NCBI RefSeq assembly: GCF_964355755.1
Contig: NC_092674.1
Coordinates: forward strand, 6,386,001 to 6,450,000
Direction of reading: 5' to 3'
Source: Antedon mediterranea
Taxonomy: Eukaryota > Animalia > Echinodermata
DNA length: 64,000 nucleotides
Positions within the stretch are counted from its first letter, which is position 1; every line of letters begins with the position of its first letter. The notes under the pieces were generated by a model that searched no databases, was not told the origin of the DNA, and worked only from the letters and a program-made list of their open reading frames with translations. Both the position numbers and the translations under genes were made by a program. Of the stretch, positions 50,801 through 61,632 are shown one piece after another.

Positions 50801-51105
50801 CAGAAATTCTTCGAAATAAGAACATGCCAGCCCCACAGAGGGCGGCCTACTGGATCGAGCACGTAGCTAAACAAAAGTATGATAACAGCCACACATCTAT
50901 GATACACAATGTCTGGGATAACTATATGATAAGCATATGGATGAGACTTTTATTCGCAATAGTTTTAATTTTCATTGCTTTGCTATTTGGTTTAAAAGTA
51001 CTTTTATTTTTTTGTAGGAAATGTGGTTATAGGCCGCCCAATATATTTAATCGGATTCGTCGAAAGCTGGCTTTAAGACGAATCCTTTTAAAGTATTCCC
51101 CTTAG
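47863..51105 (+). CDS. UDP-glucuronosyl/glycosyltransferase (GT1, UGT family), ~544 aa
   Basis: Exons 47863-48726, 49154-49373, 49678-49897, 50775-51105. Signal peptide, GSH catalytic His motif, signature [46 protein letters not shown] and a C-terminal TM. Confidence 0.94.
50105..50702. repeat. ~73-bp palindromic tandem repeat in UGT intron
   Basis: CTACACTAAC recurs at ~73-bp spacing (50191, 50264, 50337, 50409...). Confidence 0.9.
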
Positions 51106-52919
51106 ATACATATATTTATAGGCCTATTGTAAACCATGCAAATGTTTGCGTAGCTTAGAGCAAGTTAATGAAATGTGCGCAGCGGGGTAAACATCTTTCA
51201 TAATGATCACTAAATAATATTTACTGCTAAACTACGCACGCGCGCACAAAATATGACGTCAGCAAAGTACAGTATTTACACAGTGTATGGTACTTAAATT
51301 TAAAGTTTATTTATGCAAACAATTTTCAAACAAAATTCAAATTATATTTATGTTTTACTTATATTTATCGTGACAGAAGTATTCTGTGATTAGCATGATC
51401 GCATTTGTTGAGAGCGCGTTCAAACATTGATAATAATGTCACTGGGTTTGTCCGCGCGCGTACAGTTTTGTGCTTCTTCGTGTCGTATCTCTCACACAGT
51501 GCTTTTAGGTAATATTATTGTTTCGTTGTGTTTCGTAAAACGAAAAAATGTATAATGTATAAGAATATATTTTTTTTAAACAGGCTGAACAAGCTTTACA
51601 GTGTATTACAGTACTAGTTAAGATGTACCGTAAAGCAATTTGTGAGTCCATTATCTCTATGTGCAATGAAGTATCGAATTTGGCTTGAAATGACCCTCCA
51701 TTTATGCCAAGAATTTCAAATGTACAGCGGGAGCTTAAATACACCAAGGAGGCCATGCCATTTAGGCCTGTTGGTAACTATGTACAAAAATGCGCTTTTA
51801 GGGCTGAACTTTAACTCTTGCCATATTTAGAAATTGTAGATTGATGAGAAATGAAAAATACACTTCCATGTATTACAGTAATATTATGCGCAATGTTTTC
51901 GTGGTGGATCTAGAAATGGAAGCTCTTCCTTCACTTTTCTGTGATTTTGCTAAATGTTAATTTTACAAAAACAATCTCTGATGATAGAAATGAAGGCATA
52001 ATACGAATTGCCGGATTAAATTAAGACGTGAAATTTACGACTACGTAAGCCGATGTGCGTATAAATGTATAGTTAAAATTAACATAACATTATATAAATC
52101 TCATGAACTACGTCATAACGGTTAGAATCAATTTATTTAAGTTATTTTCAGTTAGCGAATGAATCTACGAGATATTGTAACAAATTGAAATGTCACAAAA
52201 CCTAAATATGATAATTATTTAGATGACATAAATGTGATTTTGAGATAGCAGACGACAATTTGTGGAGGGAAAGTAGTTGAGATTAAGGTTTAAGATATTT
52301 CAATTATTGTTTTTCCTTTAAGAAGGGAGATAAAACCAATGAGAATTTAAATAAACGTGAGATGAACTCACACAAGACAAAAAAAAAAGAAGGGAGATAA
52401 AACATGAAATCAGGTGTTTAAGGTCACAATGGTTTTAAAGATAACTATTTAAAAATGCTGATTTCGATAAAGTGGATGACGCTGTCATGACGTAGTAGTT
52501 TTGTGCAAATACCGCAATAAGCAAATAAAATAAATGTATAAAAATATGAAAATATTTCTAATATTCTGTTTTGTATTTTGTGCTGTTGCGTGAGAAGAAA
52601 TATTGTTTTGTTCGCATTATAGTTGGTTTTTGTTTATAATAAAATCTGGTATTCGTCACGGAATAAACTAAAAGATTGCAATTATCAATATATTCCGGGT
52701 GTTGTTGCAAAATGAAACGATTTCAGTAGATTTACAATTACGTATATTCTATATGTATACTTCTTTCGAAAATTGTTTCGATAGCTCGGAGTTGAGTACA
52801 GGTATAATAATCCGAAAGATGAGTTGATGAATGATCAGCAGGCCTATCTTTTAGACAATACGGCATTGATAAAAACATTTGGGCACACATGGCGTGTCAT
52901 ACATACTTGAACTGGAACG

Positions 52920-53030
52920 AACAAGGCCATATACATGGCTGCAGTCGCGTGCTCAAATTTTAGTTAGTGTTTACCGACCGACCAACCGACATAGTGAGAT
53001 ATAGAATCGCGTTTGCACGCAACTAAAAAT
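52920..53030 (+). mobile_element. Short Helentron-associated (HINE/DINE-like) element
   Basis: AGTCGCGTG near the 5' end, an (ACCG)n microsatellite, and a terminal TCGCGT..ACGCAACTAAAAA hairpin/A-tract. Confidence 0.5.
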
Positions 53031-53954
53031 CAAAAGAATACTGAAAAAAATACTGACAACATAAAAAAAAACCAGAAAGTTTGGAAAATCATTTTAACGA
53101 CTGAATATTAGTGCGCATTCTGAAGGAAAGATGGAAGCGGCAAGGAATAGCTCATGAGAATGACAACTTTGGTTTAGGAACTTTAATGGTGAAACTATCA
53201 ACGGATGAATAGAGACCACGGATACACGCAAAATCATGGAATAATACGAAATAGAAACATTTTCAGAAATTCATAGATGTTTATTCTGTGTAGACTACAG
53301 TAACAATATACCAAATCAAGAAATATTTAAAACTATTTTTAAAGAGCGCAGTTTGGAAAACCATGTGCTCAAAGTATAAATACAGTAAAATAAATTGTAC
53401 ATATCTTAATAGTTATTTCAGTCATAGTATACAAATTAAATCACATCAAAAATAAATCAATTAAGTAAAATTAAAAGTACTGTGCGATCCATATTGTGAT
53501 ATTTCTTGTGTTGACCATCTAGTGTACAATGTATTTTGAATTAATAGGCTACAAATTAGAATTCGAAAAACATTTCGATAGGTGTCTTAATCTTTGGTTA
53601 CACCAGCAGTTATATTAAGCCTATCTCTTTTATTCTTCCGATTTACTTGGTAAAGGGAAAAACCCCAAACCTTCTAAATTGGAATTCTTCTTCTTACAAT
53701 GAGTTCTCAACTGGAGTAAGTAGTAAGACAATACGTGGTGAGAATTTATGTTTTATGTCTTATCAATTCCAGTGATTGTAGATCTTTATTATTGCTTTCG
53801 AGTTTCAACGAAAAAACGATTAATATTTACAGATTTCAAGATAGCAAGGTATTAAAATAGCAAGGCTGTCGGGGTATGAATTACAGAATAAATATACCAA
53901 AGGTGGCTGGCACAAACCGCTAAAGAAAAGAAAGAAACCGATTAAAGAGTTACG

Positions 53955-54392
53955 AAAAAAGCAGTGTTATTAACTGGCGAGTAACACTATCACCAAATAA
54001 AATTAGTGTTATTAATTGTCGAGTAACACTACCACCAACAGAAAGCAGTGTTAGCAATTAGCGAGTAACACTATTTATTAGAAAGAAAAGCAGTGTTATC
54101 GATTGGTGAGTAACTATCAAAGAAAACAGTGTTATCGTTTGGCAAGTAACACTATTAAAAAAGAAAAGCAGTGTTATCGATTGGCAAGTAACACTATCAA
54201 AGAAAAATCAGTGTTATCGAATGGCGAGTAACAATATTAAAAAAGAAAGCAGTGTTATCAATTGGCGAGTAAACACTATTAAAAAAGAAAAGCAGTTTTA
54301 TCGATTAGCAAGTAACACTATTAAAAAAGAAAAGCAGTGTTATCGATTGGTAAGTAACACTATCAAAGAAAAATCAGTGTTATCGATTAAAA
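53955..54392. repeat. ~42-bp tandem repeat, ~11 copies
   Basis: aaagcAGTGTTAtcgattggcaagTAACACTatt units. Confidence 0.92.
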
Positions 54393-54689
54393 ACTGTGTT
54401 TGTCAATCACAGTTTTTGGCATAGAAGGGCAATACAATTTGTGACAACCAAACATTTGTGCATTTCTTTCCAAACTATATTACTCCTAAATATCGTAAAA
54501 TACACTAAGATTAGAAAAATATTCACATCACTTGAACACATAGAATAAGTATAATGGCTAAAATGCGTTTACATTACTATACCTCCACATAAAAACATCA
54601 TTTTTTAACAAAACATAGATAAAAAAATATGTTAAAAAAGCAAAAATTGAAAAATAATGTATCGTATATTTTCTCTGGGCTTTTACCCG

Positions 54690-55115
54690 AAGATGAAAGT
54701 GTTGTGTGTTGGCCTGTAAATAAATGGGTCGTCTGAAAATGGGCTTATAAACGAAGATGAACATGTAGTGTGTTGGCTTACACCTACATTAATGAATTTG
54801 GGATGGGCTCATAAATGAGTATAAACATAATTATGTTGGATGAATTTGGGAATGAGCTTATAAACACGGATGAAAATGTGCGTTTGTCAACACAAATCAG
54901 TTGGGAATAGGCTTATAAACAAGGATGAAAATGTGTGTTTGTCAACACGTATCAGTTGGGAATGGGCTTATAAACAAGGATGAAAATGTGTGTTAGCCAA
55001 CACGAATCAGTTGGGGATGGGGTTAAAAATGAGGATGAAAATGAGTGTTTGCCTACATGGATCAATTGGGGATGGGCTTATAAACGAAGATGAAAATATC
55101 GTGTTGACCTAGACC
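54690..55115. repeat. 55-bp tandem repeat
   Basis: GCTTATAAAC at 54856, 54911, 54966 and 55076. Confidence 0.88.
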
Positions 55116-55874
55116 TACATAGTAATTCTAACCTTTGGTAGTTTTTATGATACAGTAATGGAAATCTATTTGTCCATACCTGCGGTGTTATCTACAGTAA
55201 GATGACAATTAAATAGACCAACTTCAAACAGCTAGTAAAGCAAACAAATTGATTTAAAAACATGTCCGATAACTTCATACCTAGAAGTTGTTAAATTAAA
55301 TGATATTTCTAAAATTGAATGCTTGCCACACACAGTGTGGATCATTTTTTCATTGTAGTTTCCATAAAAACATACCCACATGCTAAATAATAATTTGTAG
55401 ACTGGCCTGAACAAATTTATTTATAGAGTTCTGAAAAACCACTTGTATTAGAAAGCATAATTTTCAGACAGTAGACAATAATTTAACAGACCATGAAAAG
55501 TTGAATGTGCATTCCGTTCCACAACAGTTATGGCCTGTGTTTACTCTGTGTCAACTACACACCATTTATTGCAGTGATTGCCTCATAAACTCGAACATAC
55601 ATTATTGCAGTACAAAATCTAGTTACTGCAGTAGAATCATTTTGATATGGTCTCCAAAAAGACATTATACAACATACCAACATACACATTCCACAGTTAA
55701 ATTACCATCTACAGTCCTGCAAAAAGCTTTCTTTAGTCCTACACCTAAGTGCAATATTTTTCATAAAAAACATTTTTGTTTTAGACTTATAATTTGGGAG
55801 GGGGCGGGGGACTATCTACCCTGATACCTGAATGTTCTGTTCATTGTATCCTCTATTGATATCTGTATCACTGA

Positions 55875-58800
55875 CTATAATTCCGTTCTTGAGACGATAT
55901 GATTACAAAGGTTATAGTGATGAAGTATGTAAAAAACTAGCGAAAATAAAAATATAAAAATCGTAGTAGACGTTTCCACCGCTGAATTTGTTGGGTTGCC
56001 ATTATTAAAAACCATCTGCTCTGCGTAATACCTAGCAACCTGAAAAAACAGAAATGTTCTTAAAACATACTAGATTTTTTGTAAAATTATCGCAAAATCA
56101 GCAGATTTTTCAATATATTATGCTGGTACTAGTATGGTTTATCACGTTTTTGGTAAACACAGTGTAACATATGTTTCAAAATATGGTGTTGACAAAATTA
56201 AAAATCAGTATTGAGTAGTGCATACTGTAGCCGTATTTATCTTAAGTGTATTTATTTTCAGAGAACACTTTTTCATGATATGAGTGAGAGGCAATACATT
56301 AGGATGTCCCCAGTTTAAAAAAAAAATTGGTAGGAAAAAAATAATGACACTAGAATTACACAGTATTGGCTTTTATTTTATTATTTTTATTCCACCTTAT
56401 TTATAGAGGGAATATTCTAGAATAAGAGTATGTTTTGATTTAAGAAACCATGTATAATTAATAAGAACAATCAGGAACATTCCAGAGGTGCTATTAATAG
56501 AAACTGTAATCCAATAGAATAAGAAGTATAAGGAATGATCTAGAAGGTTATGAACATATTGTATATAAGGGGAAGTATGACAATTGTATGAGGGGAGAAG
56601 GATATTTAATTGAAGCAAGATAAATCTTGCATAACATTTGTTTACTGTATACAAATAATGAATGTTTATAAATTGGATGGTGAGAATATTTCATGAGTTA
56701 AAAAATTGACTACTACAACGCGGAGTCGAGTAGAATGGGACGGCAAGAACAATAAGTTGATTTTCTAACGCGATCAGTTAACAATTTCTAAAAATGTTTA
56801 CAAAAACATGCATTAGAGCACATTAATTATCACCATTAAATAAATATCACTTTTCCATTCGGTAGGGCTAATTCTAAGTGACACATAATGCATAATTAAC
56901 CAATCAAATCCATCAGAAGCCATCTAGGTCACTTAGTACTCAAATTACAGACAACTCAAGTACAAATTCTGGGAAGATTACTTCCAAATGTCAAAATAAT
57001 AATGCTGGACCTAATGGATCTTTTAGACTAATTATTTCTTCGAAAACGGTGATTGTTCTGAGTAGTACTAAAAATAATCATGCCAAAGTGTCTACTCTGA
57101 ATACATTGTGTGTTCTAGGACTGAGTCTAGGTCTATATATATACCGTATAAATAAATAATGAATAAAAGCATAGACAAATTTCTATGCTTTGTTTATACT
57201 CGAGCACCAAATTCAATAAAGCTAATTCCCACTAGAACGCAACTCAATGACGTATTGACGCAAAGTGCTGTATTGCGTAATCACAAGTGGGAACCGACAA
57301 CGCATCAGTGCTGCAAACATCGCAGGTTTGATTTTACGCAGGCAGGGGCAAACACAATTATTGGATTTAACGTTTTGTAAGCTGCGTCGCTAGTGGGAAG
57401 CAGTACAGTTGGTTAACGCACATAAACTGGACAGATCAGACAGTGAAATTGCATCGATTCAATGAATTATGATTAAGACACAGAATTTATACATTAAGTC
57501 TCATCTACACTTTATGTGACAAAAATATGTGATGTGCCCATATATGGACGATGATGATGTCATATCACTACCATATTTGGGCACATCACACTTTTTGTAA
57601 AACTAGTTTATAGTGTAGAGAGAGCTTAAGCCATACCAGCCAAATTACACTGTTAATAATATTCACTTTTCTATAATCATTTCAAAATAATTTTCCTGTA
57701 CTTACCTCCCTGTTCGGATTCACTCCGTTAAAATAATACACCATGCACTGCTCGTTGTCTGGTGTTGCATTAAAAGCGCCACCCCATATCTGGTGACACA
57801 TATTGGATGCAGAACCAAACGTTTCCTCAAACGTACGACAGGTAGTGCCCGCTGGACATACATTTACACCTGAGAAATAAAACTAAATCTGTCTAAAGCT
57901 CTGTCTACACTATCAAACTAGTTTGACAAAAAAAGGTGTGATGTGCCCAAATATGGCAGTGATATGCTTAAATATGGTATTGATATGACATCATGTGGCA
58001 CATCAAAGTTTGAAAGCCGTTTTGAAAGGGGTACCAGCAAGAACAAATAATTGGCAACAATGCATAAAAGGGAAACAGGAAAACTATACATCAACACAAT
58101 TTATCATGTTAATAAAGATTTGATTTTAGGAAACTAAAAAAGTAGAATTAAACTCTGTCTACACTACCGAATTTTACGCGACAATATATCATATCATTAC
58201 CTTATTTGGGAACACCAATTTCTTTGTTGTCAAACTAGATAATGTAGACAGAGCTTAAGATTCTTAATTTTAAAAGGGCCACTATTGAAAAGCGCAATTG
58301 TTATTTGTACTACGTACCAGTTGACCAATCCCAGCCCTTAGTCCAATTTTCCATACAAGTCGTATCATAACGACACGCATCCCACCATGCATTGCACTCG
58401 CTTTCACATAAAGGTATGCCTTTATAACGTTCATTTCGAATTGAAATATTGTGCTGTAAATGAAAAAAAGAAAATTTGGTTAATTTACAATTAAAGTACA
58501 CCTTTGTCATATTTTCACCTAGATATTTATGTACTGTATAAAACAATGTATGGTTGTTGTCTATTGTACTTTTCATAGCATACGTCGTGAGGTGGTTTCC
58601 CGATTTATCGTACGATCAAAACGGTGCCGAGTATGATCAACTAGCGTTCGTGTTCCCACCTAATCATCCATTCATAGAAGTACTGATGAAGATATCAATC
58701 TGTGGCGACAATAGAATGGACCCGAGACCTGGCTATCTTCGACTTTTAAATAATAGAAAGTTTTGAAAATTTTCTTAGGCTATAAATGTACGTTGTATGA

Positions 58801-60841
58801 TGTGTATGTTTATTTTAAAAAATGGTTGTAGTTTTCTAAATTACATTGTACAAGTTGTGATAAGAAAACTGTTATTTGATCGTTAGTTGACGTGTTGACA
58901 ATTATATAAATAGAATAATATTTGTTAGTAAAACTTTTAATAAGAGTAAAGATATAAGGAAGAAAAGCAAAGAGATCATGGAGCGGCTGTACCAGAATAT
59001 ACAACACTAAGTAAAGTAAAAAACTAAAAAATTTAGGCGATCTTGTCAAAGGTCAAGCGCCTTCAGCCTGCCACGTTTCGATATTCAATATTGAACTTCA
59101 CCTTTACATTTTTCATTGTCACAACAAATTGTTGTGTAATTTATGTATGCCTAGTCACAGTCCATCATGCTAATAGCAAAACAAAATGTCCCTCTAGGTA
59201 ATGATTAGTAAGACTCGATTAAAATGACAGTTGAACAAAGAAAACTCCCAAAAATGGTAGGCATTGTGTGAAGCTGTCGTATGTCGAATATCCTAGTGCC
59301 CTCTATATGCCAATGATAGTCGTAAGAATTTCAAGGAACATATTTACCACTAGTCTTAACAATAGACACTTATTACGCCTTTCATATCACCTAGAAAACC
59401 AAGGTTTACACAAACTGAAACACAAACCATACAAAACCCTTGTGTTGACGCCATTGAGTGTAAACTCTGGTCGGATTGCAATAAAGGTCTTAAGTCCAAC
59501 ATGAAATTCTTGGCAATGGTGGTCTTACAATTAAGACCATTGTAATATGAAGTCTAAGCCTAAGACTATCAGCAATGTGGTTTAAGCCTCCTCTAGGTAG
59601 GCTTACGATGAACGCGAGCGCAAGAGGCTACCTAAGCTAGCTAGTAATATCATGATGAAACTACTTGCTTTAAAAACTACTGTGCATTGATTTCATATTA
59701 CAATGGTCTTAATTGTAAGACCATTGTTGCCAAGGGTTTCATCTTGTGCTTAAGTCTAAGACTAGGCTTAAAAACTTTATTGCAATCTGCCCCAGGAGTT
59801 TCGCTAAGTGAAAGGGGTTAACAAAATACAGTAAGCTAGCCCTTGAAAAATTGTAGGCTTACCGGTACGAGCCAAGGGCCTATGTTCGGTGAACATTCAT
59901 AGAAGCATAGATCGTGGGTTAAAAAATCTGTACATGCTGATGAGAGCTCTCCGCAGTGATGCCAATTGAAATTTAACCAGGAATCGGAGTCATGGAGTCC
60001 TTTCGTTGTTTCTTCCGTACAACAAGATAATTCTTTATATTTACTGCACTGTAAAGAAAACAGAATTATAATATTAAAGATGTATTGTCCCTTGAAACAC
60101 AAAAAATGAAGGTCAAAATATTCTAAATTTTAAATTAGCCATATCAAAGTAATATTAAAATTTACGTAATTAACAGGTAAATTAGTTTGATTACATTTTG
60201 TCTGGAAAAACGTCGCGAGCGAAAGTAAACAAAGATTTCAAACGACGATTATACATTATGCATATATATGCTAATTAGGATTGTTTACAACTCGTCACGG
60301 TAGAGAAGGTGTTTTCACACAGATCACGAGAAAGTTTTATGATTATGCATACAGAGTAGCCAAACAAGCGAGTTGCATTATGGGATATGTTTTGATTGAA
60401 AACTTTGACTGGAAGTCAAAGTTATTTTTTGAACAAAAAAACGTCTGTATTTTAGGTAAATGATTTTTTTCCAACTATTTTGATACTTCAAAATGAAGCA
60501 CTACCCAAAGAACCCTGTAACCTCTGACCTAGTAAATTTTGTTACTAAATCAAACTTTTGGCATTCATTATGACTTTTTGTAGCTAAAGAAGAATATAAC
60601 CTTTGGACTGGCTTTCCAATTCCTATCACTACCCCAGTAGGGCTACAACAACAATACATACCTTGCTAAATAAACTGCTTTCTGGGCCTGGTTTTGTTTT
60701 ATGGTTTACCCCATCTAAGCATCTATTCAAATAATCATCAACCGTGTCTTCCACAGCATAAGAGTTACTTAGATAGACAGTCAGAAGAAAGGTAAGCCTT
60801 AAGTCCAAGTCTTTGGTGAACGAATTGTGCCCAATCAGCAT
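55875..60841 (-). CDS. Folate receptor family protein (FOLR/riboflavin-binding/Juno fold), ~276 aa
   Basis: Exons 60841-60662, 60048-59863, 58453-58318, 57869-57706, 56039-55875. Motifs CLDGVNHKTKPGPE, FNWHHCG, CFYECSPNIGPW, PLCESECNAWWDAC, NPNREVARYYA and a hydrophobic C-terminus. A likely non-coding first-exon donor lies at ~62172. Confidence 0.93.
59462..59800. mobile_element. Palindromic non-autonomous DNA element
   Basis: GATTGCAATAAAG / CTTTATTGCAATC ends and a ~35-bp perfect internal inverted repeat (TGGTCTTACAATTAAGACCATTGTAATATGAA). Confidence 0.75.
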
Positions 60842-61306
60842 CGTGGTGGCACTGTAACGAATAAATATAGAAATTATTTAATTATTGAAATGTTCTTTCC
60901 TCTATGATATCAGTATAATTGACTGTTCTAATATGATTCTTACCTTTTGCAATTCTTACCTTTTATTATAGTAAAGTTAAGAGGAGGAGCCTCTTCTCTC
61001 ATATGTGTAGATTATTATTGTATAATATTACATAAATCTGTTTGGTCTTTTTTATCATGATGGTGATGCTTTAGTAAGACCATATTCTTATACCATACTT
61101 TTATTTTACTAATCGACAATAGTGAGGGTACATCATCGGCGTTCAGTATTTTAAGGTTATTTTGTTTGGGAAGGGGCTACCAAACTTTACCAAGATGGAC
61201 TCGCTCTTGAGAGATGCTTAAACTCGCAAAAGACCTTCTACTACTGATCAATAATAATAGATTAGAATAGTATTTCAGATGACAACCATGAACAAAAACA
61301 TAATAA

Positions 61307-61632
61307 TGCACTTGTCAATTGTATGACTCACTATACGACCCCCGGGAGAGGTGCGTCATTTACAAATAATTACTGACGCAGGGGAGCGTCAAAAATCTAG
61401 ATGGTACGTCACATCAATGAACAAGGTGTGTCAATGTCCGTCACTTTACCACCCACCATATCATAAACAACATGGTCACAGTGCGTCAAAATGGGTGCGT
61501 CATGGTCACCTAAAGGTAAGTCACCTTTTTGACGCACGGGTGCGTCATGGTATTCAAAAGTATGACGTACATCGGACAAATGACGCACCTCTCCCGGGGG
61601 TCGTATAGTGGGTCATACAATTGACAAGTGCA
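61307..61632. mobile_element. MITE family D (Harbinger/ISL2EU-like), 326 bp
   Basis: ~54-bp near-perfect TIR TGCACTTGTCAATTGTATGAC..CGACCCCCGGGAGAGGTGCGTCATT with TSD TAA. Confidence 0.88.

Noticed and set aside
53955-54392. CRISPR-like palindromic repeat array (also 50105-50702)
   Set aside because: The units are contiguous with no unique spacers, there are no cas genes, and the context is eukaryotic.
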